A DNA stretch of 64,000 bases, taken from positions 124,001 to 188,000 of the IMG/VR virus record IMGVR_UViG_3300005613_000002, one strand, 5' to 3'. The position numbers and the translations under genes are program-made. How positions within the stretch are numbered: position 1 is the first letter of the stretch; the number at the start of each line of letters is the position of its first letter. This document shows positions 29,071-39,750 of this stretch, piece after piece. The notes below the pieces were generated by a model. That model did no database searches and was not told the origin of the DNA. It was given only the letters and a program-made list of their open reading frames with translations.

Positions 29071-29121
29071 AGTAGTGGTTTTCGAAACCAAAGGTTGTGA
29101 GTTCGAGCCTCACCGAGTGTT
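29048..29121 (+). tRNA. tRNA-Arg(TCG)
   Basis: TGGT-TT-TCG-AA-ACCA arm. Confidence 0.85.
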
Positions 29122-29338
29122 CAAATATTATTTATTATGGTAAAAGAAAACATTAATGCAATTTATGCAAACACTTGGGAAGGGTTAACAGTGAAGATGT
29201 TAGGTTATTATCATGACCATTGTTATCATTTATATACTGGTAGTTGTGAAGATTTACCTGAAAAATATAAGCGATTTAAAAAAAATAATGTTAAATTTGT
29301 TTTTCTATATGAAGAAGATGAACCAAATGTAAAAAAAA

Positions 29339-29725
29339 ATGGATGATAAAAAAGAATTTAATATTGATGAAACCAGAAATCTTGATGAATGTGTGGATTG
29401 GGTAAAATGTTATATGTGTTCAGGCGAAAATGGTGATGATGAATTAAAAGAATGGTTAAAATTAGATGAAGATGATGCTATGATGATTCATCATGGTTTT
29501 GGTACTATTATTAGAAACATACTAAAACTTTGGGATGGCGGTCCTGCCGTTCAATGGTTTAACAAACAAGGAATTTATCATGCTGATGATATGTCTGCAA
29601 TTATATTTGCTTCATTACATAGAAAAGAAAATGGTGTTGAAATTGAATTAAATAAACAAATTAAAGTTTATAGGGATTATTGGGATAATGAAGACCCAAA
29701 TATAAATAAAGGAATAATTAACTAA
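29339..29725 (+). CDS. DUF6794-like protein
   Basis: HHGFGTIIRN..LW..GIYHADDMS. Confidence 0.6.
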   Translation: MDDKKEFNIDETRNLDECVDWVKCYMCSGENGDDELKEWLKLDEDDAMMIHHGFGTIIRNILKLWDGGPAVQWFNKQGIYHADDMSAIIFASLHRKENGVEIELNKQIKVYRDYWDNEDPNINKGIIN

Positions 29726-29731
29726 TTAAAT

Positions 29732-29807
29732 GCGAGATTAGCTCAATTGGTAGAGTACGACCTTGCCAAGGTCGGGGTTGTGGGTTCGAACCCCATATCT
29801 CGCTCCA
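29732..29807 (+). tRNA. tRNA-Gly(GCC)
   Basis: CGACC-TT-GCC-AA-GGTCG arm; encoded CCA. Confidence 0.92.
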
Positions 29808-29835
29808 TAAATAATTTTAATTAAAAATAATTAAT

Positions 29836-30351
29836 ATGAAAGACGGAAACAAGTCAGGCAAAAATGCTCCTGAACAATCTAAAGAAAAAGAAGGTGTTAT
29901 TTCACCAGATGGTATTTTAACTAACGAAGATTATAATCTTGATCTAAAAGAAAGGTTGGAATCTAAAAGGAATTCTGAAATAATTAAGTTTAATGAATTA
30001 ATGAAATTAGCACCAGAATTTGCTAAATGGTTAAAAAATTTAGTAAGATATGGTAATGTTGATTCACAAGCCATGATTTATAAAACTCAATTAGATAATA
30101 AAAAAGAGAACAATTTCAGTGTAATTATTTACACTAATGACCATTCTTATTCATTTTATGGTTTTGCACCAACAGATGAAAAACCAAAAGGATATTTAGG
30201 TGGTGGTGGTAATACTAGAAAACCAAGAGTTGGTGAAGATTGGAATCGAGGAAATGATTTACCTGATGGTTCATATTCTAAAAAAACATTTGATGCAATA
30301 GTGTATCGAATTGTTGCATATGAATTAAAAAATTTACAACTTTGGAGATAA
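29836..30351 (+). CDS. Hypothetical phage protein
   Basis: 171 aa; RKPRVGEDWNRGNDLPDG. Confidence 0.55.
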   Translation: MKDGNKSGKNAPEQSKEKEGVISPDGILTNEDYNLDLKERLESKRNSEIIKFNELMKLAPEFAKWLKNLVRYGNVDSQAMIYKTQLDNKKENNFSVIIYTNDHSYSFYGFAPTDEKPKGYLGGGGNTRKPRVGEDWNRGNDLPDGSYSKKTFDAIVYRIVAYELKNLQLWR

Positions 30352-30619
30352 TTTGTAACATTTTTAAATAAATTACGTATAGGTTATTATATATTTATTA
30401 AATGAATTCAAAAGCAGAGATCAAAAGAATAAGACACTTAGCTGAAACACGTAATAATGGTGTTTATAGAGAAGTGGGAATTAAAAATAAATTTAGTTTA
30501 TCTTATTTATGTAATTATATTTGGCATAAACCTACCCCAATTACAGAATAAGATAAAATAATTAATGGCAACCGAGTAAACGTTAGCTTTACAGAAGAAC
30601 GGAGATTAATTATTAATGA

Positions 30620-30992
30620 AAAAAATAATACAGAGGATTTATCGCTACATGGACACTATCATGGACATAATGTCCATGACTATGTAGAGGAACTTCAGGA
30701 CACCATTGCTAGACGCAGGAGATAGTAAGTTAAAGCTGTTAGGTTAATCACCTTCGGGAGTTTATATTTTAAAAAAGGTTAGTAGTGAATATAAACGTAT
30801 GAATTAAACAAACCAGTAACCTTGAAAGACCCGATAACTATCGTTCGTACTGCGGAGGGTGCAAGCTAAACAGACTTAGAGGGAAAGCAACTTAATTATA
30901 GTCGGGTTAGTGCACTCCGAAAGGAGCATATCATAAGATATGAGATAAATGATAAAATAAAACAAAATTCTGGGTACGCTCATATTATTTTT
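30620..30992 (+). ncRNA. rnpB: RNase P RNA
   Basis: CR-I-like GAGGAACTTCAGGACACC, GCAAG, AGATAAATGAT and CR-V-like ACAAAATTCTGGGTA; terminal P1/P2 complementarity. Confidence 0.8.
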
Positions 30993-31480
30993 TATAGTAA
31001 AATTTTTAAAAATACGTATAATAATTACAATTAATTTATTACTTTTGTGTTTATAAATCATTAAACAAGAACAAAATGATAAAAAGAAATGTATTAATTG
31101 AAAAATTAAATTCTTGGAAAGCAAGAGAAAACGGAGTAAGTATTCATTTGTTAAAGTTAATCAGTCTTGTTGCTGATGGTGATAATGAAGAATATTCTCC
31201 ATTAGATGAAATAAAGCTAGTGTGTGATAATAGAAACAATACACCTGAAATAGTTGGTTTCACTATGGAATTTATTGATGATGTTTTAAAAAATAATAAA
31301 TAAAATAAAAATGGTTAAAAAATATGGATTCATTATTATGATAATTATTGGATTAATTTTAATTTACAGTAATATGTTCTATACTGAATCTAATTTTAAT
31401 TTAATTTTATGGGGAATTGGAATACTAATTACTTTTATTGGTGTTTTATTTTTTTCATTTTCAAAAATAATAAAAATATT

Positions 31481-32341
31481 ATGATATCAAACAGAGCAAA
31501 ACGAATAGGTTTAAAAGAATTAGAAATTTTTGATAATTTTTTTATTGATAAAACATTACCTAAATTTAAGATGGAATCCACTAATAATAAGGCAGATATG
31601 GGTGGGGTTTCATGGTCAACACCATCTGAAGGTGGTGTTACTGATAGTGGGAATTGGGAAAATGATTCTGGTGGGTTTTCGTTTAGAAGAAAGTTAATTT
31701 CGTTGTTATCTCCAAAAGATAAAAAACCGAAACAACCGAAAAGAACATTAACTACTCTTGAATTATTTACTGCATTATCAAAATCATATAAAGAATTATC
31801 AAAAATTGGTGAGGTTGCTGAACATTACGAAAAAGCACTTATTCAAGCAAAAACATTAGGTCAAACAGCATTGTTTGATAAATTAAAAGATTTAGTTGAT
31901 GTAGTTAAAGGTGAAGCAATATTAATTGCAATGGGTTTAACCAAATATGTGACTGAAAAACAAATTGTTGATTTTTATGGGTTAGTTGGTGAGGATAAAA
32001 ATTTAAAGTTGACATGGATTAAAAACTTCAATAGAATAATTCCTGAAGATATTTACGAAGTTAAAAAAGATGTTGATGGACGTAAAATATTTGATAATTA
32101 CGTTATTCTTCATTATGACCCAGAAAATAATGGCGAAGAATTAACAAAACAAGAATTAGAAGATAAAAAAGACCCAATATTATTCGGTTTGATTAAAGAT
32201 AGTAAAAAACTTTATTATGTTGCTGATTGGAAAGATGATTATTGTGATTTAACTCTTGAAGAAATGTTTAATGAATTAGGTGAGAAAACATTAAAAATTA
32301 ATAACAGAAACGTAAAAACATTCATTGATAAAATTAAATAA
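31481..32341 (+). CDS. Hypothetical phage protein
   Basis: Long ORF with KDPILFG..YYVADWKDDYCDLT; start uncertain. Confidence 0.55.
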   Translation: MISNRAKRIGLKELEIFDNFFIDKTLPKFKMESTNNKADMGGVSWSTPSEGGVTDSGNWENDSGGFSFRRKLISLLSPKDKKPKQPKRTLTTLELFTALSKSYKELSKIGEVAEHYEKALIQAKTLGQTALFDKLKDLVDVVKGEAILIAMGLTKYVTEKQIVDFYGLVGEDKNLKLTWIKNFNRIIPEDIYEVKKDVDGRKIFDNYVILHYDPENNGEELTKQELEDKKDPILFGLIKDSKKLYYVADWKDDYCDLTLEEMFNELGEKTLKINNRNVKTFIDKIK

Positions 32342-32709
32342 TGAAAGAAAACATTAATAATATTGCAGAAAAAATGTCAAGACTAAACGCTGTTGAACTT
32401 AGTGAGTTATCAAGTGTTTTATTATCTAAATATAATATGAGTGCAACAATTTATCATTTTGGTGTTGTACCAACAATAGAGAATCCTAATAATAATAATA
32501 AATGTGATTTAGTATTATTAGAATGTGGTCAAAGAAAATTAATGATTGTTAAATCAATTAAAGAAATTTTCGGATTAGGTCTTAAAGAAGCAAAAGATAT
32601 TATAGACACAGTACCAACCTATCTTAGTAAATCAATATCAATTGTAAAAGCAGAAAAAATTAAATTAGTGTTAGAGGAAATTGGTGCTAAAGTTGAAATT
32701 AATTATTAA
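32341..32709 (+). CDS. rplL: Ribosomal protein bL12 (L7/L12) homologue
   Basis: LNAVELSELS N-domain; KLMIVKSIKEIFGLGLKEAKDIID..P..AEKIKLVLEEIGAKVEI C-domain. Confidence 0.8.
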   Translation: MKENINNIAEKMSRLNAVELSELSSVLLSKYNMSATIYHFGVVPTIENPNNNNKCDLVLLECGQRKLMIVKSIKEIFGLGLKEAKDIIDTVPTYLSKSISIVKAEKIKLVLEEIGAKVEINY

Positions 32710-32936
32710 TGGAAAATAACATTGATGTTTGTACTGCTTGTGGGAAATGTTGCAATAAACATTGGCTAGTTAAATTAACTAGTCAGCACGAAATTGATAT
32801 GTTTGGTGATGATGTTGTTGATGGTGGTTTTATTTGGACAGATACTTGTAAGTTTCATATTGATAATAAATGTTCAATCCATGATGATAAACCATATAAA
32901 TGTAAACAATATTTTTGTGAAGGTAATTTAAAATAA
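32709..32936 (+). CDS. YkgJ-like CxxCxxCC cysteine-cluster protein
   Basis: CTACGKCC..C..CSIHDDKPYKC. Confidence 0.7.
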   Translation: MENNIDVCTACGKCCNKHWLVKLTSQHEIDMFGDDVVDGGFIWTDTCKFHIDNKCSIHDDKPYKCKQYFCEGNLK

Positions 32937-33191
32937 TTTTTATGTCTATAATTAGTGAAGGAATTGCTGAACAAACAGCAAATAAATTAGAGAGAATAAT
33001 TCTAACTGCTATAAATAATAGAAAGTATGGCGACCATAGGAGTTCTGTTAGAGATTTTGTTAATAATGAACTTGTTGAATGGTACTATTCAGAATGTGAT
33101 GAAACATTTGGAATGAGTAAACCAAATCCTGAAATATTGAAAATGTTTCCACGAAAAAAATAAATATCGGAAGGTTGGTAGTGTGAATATT

Positions 33192-33276
33192 GGTGAGATA
33201 CTCAAATGGTAAAGAGGATAGTTTGCTAAACTATTAGGCTGTAACAGGTGCGTGGGTTCGAATCCCACTCTCACCG
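33192..33276 (+). tRNA. tRNA-Ser(GCT)
   Basis: ATAGT-TT-GCT-AA-ACTAT arm; long variable arm; G73. Confidence 0.9.
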
Positions 33277-33935
33277 CATTTTATGTTTATTATTTTTTGA
33301 ATAATATTTAAAAATTTAATTGATGTTTGTTCTTTAAAATATTTTTGCATTGATGTATCAATTATACACAATTCTATATCTTGCTCAATACACGCTTGAA
33401 ACTTACGATTATCATTATTTTGAATTTGGTTTAATTTATCAGAACCAAAGATTGGTTCATAATGAAATATACCATTAAGTTCAAACGCAAGTTTCAATGA
33501 TGGAATATAAATATCGAGTTCAGAATTAATAGCATCTTTATGATTGAAATTAAACTCAATGGTTGGATATAATATAGTTAGTTTAGATTCTAACCATTTT
33601 TCTAATTTAGATACACGAGTCCCATGTTTTTTATGGGTATTATTGTATGTTGCTGCACAAGATTTAGAACAGAAGTTATTTTTTGTTCTTAATATTTGTG
33701 ATGGAATTTTAGTAAATTTATTACCACAATTAATACAATGCACTTCAATTTTTGTTTGCATTGATGTATTACATTTTTGAGAACAAAACATACATTTGTC
33801 TTTTCCACCATTTAAGTGAGAAATAATCTGTCTTTTTTCAACGAAAAAAATTGATTGACAAGTATAACATTCACATGATAATTTATCACCAATCTTAGCA
33901 GTATTCAATTCATCGTCAGTAAATAATGGTTTCAT
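33234..33935 (-). CDS. Zn-finger + PD-(D/E)XK (Vsr/DUF559-like) homing endonuclease
   Basis: Repeated CxxC..FCSxxC; ELDIYIPSLKLAFELNGIFHY. Confidence 0.75.
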   Translation of the reverse strand: MKPLFTDDELNTAKIGDKLSCECYTCQSIFFVEKRQIISHLNGGKDKCMFCSQKCNTSMQTKIEVHCINCGNKFTKIPSQILRTKNNFCSKSCAATYNNTHKKHGTRVSKLEKWLESKLTILYPTIEFNFNHKDAINSELDIYIPSLKLAFELNGIFHYEPIFGSDKLNQIQNNDNRKFQACIEQDIELCIIDTSMQKYFKEQTSIKFLNIIQKIINIKCGESGIRTHAPVTA

Positions 33936-35543
33936 ATTATAATTTTAAGATAAATACTTCGAAAAACTTTTTTCGAATCCCTTACCTTCCTCATTAAATT
34001 TACCAACATTATTTGTTAAGGGTTATAAAATATGATTGTTTTATAACCCTTTTTTCTTTATATTTGTATATATGAAAGAAAGAAAAGCAATAACACTTCT
34101 TGATGAAGATACTGCAACCACATTTTTAAGACCATATTCAGATGAACATAGAAATTGTTTAATTGTTGTCACTGAAGATGCATATGGTGAATTTACTGGA
34201 GTTTTAACACCAATAAAAAAGATTAAGGGTAATTTAAACATTACTGATGAAGAAATTGATGAAATGATATTTAAATTGCGTTAAAATGGAGCAGATAAGA
34301 GAAAGAGTATTAGGAATTATTGAGAAATATAATTTAAAACCGATTGAACTTCCAAAGGAACATAAAGATGTTTACTCATTCATTAATGAGAATCAAGAAA
34401 GAGAAAAAGATTTCAAACCTGAAATTTCAGATAATGAATTAGGTGTAAAATATGCGAGACATATCCCAAGGGGTTGGTATGGTTTTGATATTGGTATTCC
34501 AATTGTTCCAGATTGGATGAAAATTATTAGTGAAATCACTGAATTATGTGTTAGCATTGACCCAAAATTTGAAATTCGTCAAGTTAAATTAAAATATGGT
34601 AGAATATGTTATTATGCAAGTAGTTTTATAATTGAAGATGCTGATGAACTTGATGATATTTTAAATGATAAACTATATGATAAAGCATTAGTTTATTAGT
34701 AGATCATATGAAATGAATAATTTTGAATTATTAAAACGCACATATCCAATTTCACAATATGAAAGACTTTGTGATGGTTATGAGTATATTTTAAAATATA
34801 CGACACAGAAAGAGAGAAAAGCATTTGGTGAATTACAAAGAACAATTAAAGAAGGTGAGAAATATATTTATCAAGTAGCTAAAGAAGGTAAGGAATTTAA
34901 AACAATGTGTATGTGTTTTACAAATTACAGTATAATAAGAAAACAAATATTTAAATTAGAAGACGATTAAATAATAATTTATGGATAAAAAAATAGTTTA
35001 CGTTATTGGATTTTTTTTAGGTTTCGAATATTCTACACATCATATACCAGTTAAAATAATAAAAAGAAAGAAAAATAATCACATTAACAATCATTATAAT
35101 GGGTCTAATAAAAACAATAATAAAACAAAAACTAAAATAAGGAGTTTTAATAGAAATTCAAAAGTTAATTTTATTTAATCATTTTTGTAACAATTTTTTC
35201 GAATATTCGTATAATTAAAAAACAATATATTATGAATAATGATATTACAATAAATATTGAAGATATTCGAAAATTACCTAATGGTTCTATTACAAATATT
35301 GAAACAATTAGACAAATAGCATTAACAAACGACATTTCATTATTCGATAAGATAGATGATAGATTTATGTTCGCAGGTACTTACCCTGTACTAATGAAAA
35401 TTCATAATATTTTACCAAATAAATCATTTGATATAGTGGGAGAAAAATGTAATTGTGAAACTAAAGGTAGAACTGTTTGGAGTGTATCATCAGATGGAAA
35501 GTGTTTAAGATGTGGAAAACAATATGTTAAATAATAAAATAGT

Positions 35544-35616
35544 GCTCCTGTGGCTGAATGGTTAAAGCAATGGACTCTAAATCCATTTTTTGCAGGTTCG
35601 AATCCTGTCAGGAGCG
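35544..35616 (+). tRNA. Amber suppressor tRNA (CTA)
   Basis: ATGGA-CT-CTA-AA-TCCAT arm; GCTCCTG/CAGGAGC acceptor; G73. Confidence 0.88.
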
Positions 35617-36551
35617 CAAAAAATAAATATAATGAATAAAATTATTGCCGAAGAATTACACAAAACTGAACCAGATAAATTTAAAATTTTCAGAGAATGG
35701 GGAAGTGTTAATAATAAAATTAAAGATTTTGAAAATAAAGCAAACCTAAAAACATTTAAATATCTTTTTGGTGAAGATGGGCAAAGATTATGTGAACATT
35801 TTAAATATGATTGTGAAACTAATGTTAATAAATTAAAAACATATTTAAAATATGAACAATATAACGATTTGCTTGTAAACATATATTATAATGATAATTT
35901 GTTTATTATTTAAAACAGATCAATAGATTTCATGATAAATTAGATGAAGTCAGTAGTAGACTTAAAGTAATTATTGATGATGAAACAAAAAAAGATGAAT
36001 GTAATGTTTTATCATTAAAATATTTCTTTTTAACTAATTTAGGGATAAAAATTGATGAATCTGTTGAATTTACTGTAAAACATTATCTTGATATGATAGA
36101 TAATGAGAATCCAATAACATTAATAAATGAACTTAAATAAATAAGATGGAAGTAAGTTATAATTATAATGAATTAGAATTCACTGCATATTATGATGAAG
36201 ATGGATATTTAAAATTTGTTAAAGATAATATCCATAATAAAGCATTAATGATTGAGAGTATTCAGGAAGGTAAAGGGTTTAATATTTCTAAATCTTCTTT
36301 TATGATGGATGGTTTTACTTGTCACGGAATGTATGTTCGAGTTATGGATATTAATTTATTCATACCAAAATTTATTTTCATAAAAAACAAAACTGATTAA
36401 TTATGGGAATGGATGTAGATGCTATTGTTGCAAGACAAGCAATTGAGAAAATTGGGAAAGTTTTATTAAGTGTAGAACATGGTGAACGTGAGGAAATTAC
36501 TGATGAAATTATAGAATTTTCAAAAAAACTTGAAAAAAAGTTTGGAAATAA

Positions 36552-36577
36552 TGTAACAAAATAGTAAGTTTGACGTA
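36552..36577 (+). promoter_or_regulatory. ECF-type promoter TGTAAC-N16-CGTA
   Basis: Motif copy upstream of the Pth2-like gene. Confidence 0.65.
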
Positions 36578-36632
36578 TATATAATTAAAGAAAAGAATTG
36601 AAATAATTCATTAACAATTAAATTTAAAAATT

Positions 36633-36959
36633 ATGAAGTAGGTAAAATTAGTTACTATCACAAGAAAAGATATCGATGCAGGATATCAATTAGTTCAATC
36701 AGCACATTCTTTAGCTGAATTCGCACACCAATTTCCAAATCATTTTAATGAATGGATGGAAAATTCAAAGTATTTAGTCTCATTATCAACTGATAATGAA
36801 GATAAACTTCAAAGATTATTTTATAAATTACAAGACCGTGGTGCTAATGTTGTAGCATTTACTGAGCCTGACATTGACGACCAGTTAACATCTATTTGTT
36901 ATTTTGGTACGCCAGAGATGATTAAGATTACTAATAATTTAAATCTGGCATTATCATGA
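36633..36959 (+). CDS. Pth2-family peptidyl-tRNA hydrolase homologue with in-frame TAG at codon 3
   Basis: MK*VKLVTITRKDIDAGYQLVQSAHS...FTEPDIDDQLTSI; the ORF track catches only the C-terminal 67 aa. Confidence 0.75.
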
Positions 36960-37021
36960 GAAAAAATTTATTTAAAACAAGAGTTATGGAATATATATAG
37001 ATAAGTATTAGACCACCATAA
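36956..37021 (+). CDS. Coupled peptide MRKNLFKTRVMEYI*ISIRPP* (amber-gated arrest-like peptide)
   Basis: ATGA overlap with the Pth2 stop; TAG at 36998; ends AGA CCA CCA TAA. Confidence 0.5.
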
Positions 37022-37117
37022 TGATGTAATTAATACAAGATTCGCAATTCGCAAATCGCAAATTAAATTAACACATCACAAAAAATTAAATAATAACAAA
37101 AACAAATAATAAATATT

Positions 37118-37456
37118 ATGGAAACAATAGTAAAAACAAATATCGCTAAAATGAAAGCAGATATTAAAGAAATGGTTAAGTCACAAAAATTTTACAAAGC
37201 TCAAAGAAAAACAGAAAACTTAGTAGGTGAAAGAAAAATGTCACCAAGTGATGCAACTTATAAACATTTAAGTAATCGAGAAGATTTACGCATAATGTAT
37301 GCAGCATATGGTGTTGCAAGGGGTAAAAGTTTTTCACAAATTGAAAATAAATATCCTGAAGAAAATCATCCATTGAAAAATCGTCAAGGAAGTATTGATA
37401 GAATACTTAAAAGATATGAAATGAAAGTGGAAGTAGAGGCTGAAGTTATGGTTTAA
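37118..37456 (+). CDS. Hypothetical protein downstream of the Pth2-like gene
   Basis: RIMYAAYGVARGKSFSQIE; followed by a terminator at ~37484-37510. Confidence 0.6.
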   Translation: METIVKTNIAKMKADIKEMVKSQKFYKAQRKTENLVGERKMSPSDATYKHLSNREDLRIMYAAYGVARGKSFSQIENKYPEENHPLKNRQGSIDRILKRYEMKVEVEAEVMV

Positions 37457-38560
37457 GAAAATTAAATAATGTATTTAATTGATAAAAGGGGGAATTAGTT
37501 CTCCCTTTTTCTTGTTTATTATAATTTCTTTGTGTAGATTTACAATAAATAATTTTAAACAAAACACGATAAGATGTCAGAAGATAAGAAAAATGTTGTT
37601 GAAGAAGAAATTGTACCAAATCCAGTAAATGGTGTTGTACCAAATTTAGTAAATAATGCAGTTCCTGAATTAGCCTCAGATGAAGAACCAGTTGAAGTTG
37701 AGTTAACTGATGATGAAAAAAAAGAAAAGGAACGTGAAGAATATGTTAAATTATTAAAAGAATCTAAAATTAAATTTAAACCAGTAAAACATGATGGTAA
37801 AGTAACTACCAATCAATTTGGTGCAACTTATAAAGAAAAACGTAAACGTAAGAATAAAGCAACAAAAAAATCACGTAAAGCAAATCGTAAATAAATGAAA
37901 AAAGATATAGTATATAACCGTGTTGATGGTGAATTAAAGTATCAGGAAATTAGGTGGACTCCAAAACCAATTGGATATATACCTGATGAAAAAAAATGTG
38001 TTGCTGAATGGATTAATTATATGGAATATCATTTAAATAAAGCAAAAAATTCTGTTTATCATCTTCGTGAAGCAGAAGCACTTGCTGAAATTAGAAAAGT
38101 AACAGCATTAGGTGTAAGAACTATGATGGTTCATGGTTGTCCAGAAAGAAAAACTCCAACTGATAATATTGATGAACATGGTACTAAAATAAATTAAAAA
38201 CATGGAAAATATAAACCTAGATAACACCTATTGGGATAGAGTAACTGGATTTGTTACTGAATTACGTGTTGATTCTCGTTGGATTCTACGAAATAATGAC
38301 GATGATAAATCATATGGTTCATTACGTATAGCTTCACATCCTGATTTACCACCCGGGTATTTACGAGCGATTTTCACTTACGTTCTATCTATTCAGAAAA
38401 AAAATAATGCACAAAAATTAAAAACAGTTGAAGATTTTCAAATAGATATTACAGAACTTGAAGTATATTCAATCAATGATGATATTAAAACTGACACTAA
38501 AACATATGAAGCACCATTTAAGGAGCTTCAAGAAATGTTTGGTGTAAAAATCTTTGAATA

Positions 38561-39679
38561 ATGAATATATTTAAAGATTTTGTTTTAAATAATGAATTAT
38601 ATGTTAATACGTATAATTGGGAGGTCCTAAAAACTAATTATACGCAAGAGCATATAATTCAACAAATTTCAGATGCTATTGTTGAGTTTGATATTAAACT
38701 ACCTTATCGTGAAATTACTTTAGATGATGTTAAGGCTGATTATGAGGCATTAAAGAAATTAGATACCAAAAAATTATATGGTATTGGAAAATGGGGAAGT
38801 AAGTTCAATTACCAATATCATTTCGATAATGAGTTTATTATAAATAAAAATGTTGGAAATAAAGCCAGCGATTATTTTCATCAAGTTGAACGTTGGAAAT
38901 GTGATGCAACTGGATACCCAAGTCCTCAAAAAACATGGGAAAATGAAAGGTTTCGTTTAACGCTTTTTAAAGCACTTTTTAGCCTTAAAGTTAAAGAGAT
39001 AACACCAACAGTCCTAAGAAGTATGATATCACTTAGAAAGTATATTGCTGCGCAATTCAGACCAAGTGCTGCTAAATATATTTATGATTATTTTGAAGCA
39101 GAAACTGTTTTAGATTTTAGTATGGGTTGGGGTGATAGATTGCTTGGTGCTCATGCCTCAGAATATGTGAAAAAATATGTTGGGTTTGACCCTAATGTTA
39201 ATTTACTTAATGGTTATATTGAGCAAATTACTGAATATCGAAAGATTGATAATCCAATGAAAGTTAAATTACTTCCTTGGTGTGCTGAAAATCCACAAAT
39301 TGAATTACAAGATAGTTTTGATTTAGTATTTACTTCCCCACCATATTTTGATAAAGAAAAATATGACCAAAGTGAACAACAATCATATATTAAATATAAA
39401 AAGTTTGATTCATGGATGAATGAATTTTTATTTAAAACAATTGAACTTAGAACACAAAACCTTAAATCTGGTGGACATCTTGTTATTAATGTTAGCGATA
39501 TTTACACTAGAAAGAAACTATATCAAATTTGTGATGGTATGAATGATTATATTAAGAGCACTGGTCAATTTGAATATAAAGGTGCTATTGGTTTACAAAT
39601 GCCTAAACGACCAATGAGTAAATCATCTGGAACAGTTGGAATTTACGGAGAACCAATATGGGTATGGAAAAAGAAATAG
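38561..39679 (+). CDS. DNA amino-methyltransferase
   Basis: DFSMGWGDR and FTSPPYF; paralogue of the 10725 ORF. Confidence 0.8.
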   Translation: MNIFKDFVLNNELYVNTYNWEVLKTNYTQEHIIQQISDAIVEFDIKLPYREITLDDVKADYEALKKLDTKKLYGIGKWGSKFNYQYHFDNEFIINKNVGNKASDYFHQVERWKCDATGYPSPQKTWENERFRLTLFKALFSLKVKEITPTVLRSMISLRKYIAAQFRPSAAKYIYDYFEAETVLDFSMGWGDRLLGAHASEYVKKYVGFDPNVNLLNGYIEQITEYRKIDNPMKVKLLPWCAENPQIELQDSFDLVFTSPPYFDKEKYDQSEQQSYIKYKKFDSWMNEFLFKTIELRTQNLKSGGHLVINVSDIYTRKKLYQICDGMNDYIKSTGQFEYKGAIGLQMPKRPMSKSSGTVGIYGEPIWVWKKK

Positions 39680-39750
39680 TTCTATTTGAGTGAGTATTTA
39701 TATAGAAATTGGGTGTTTTAATTTTTATTAATAATTCTCAAAGTATTTAT

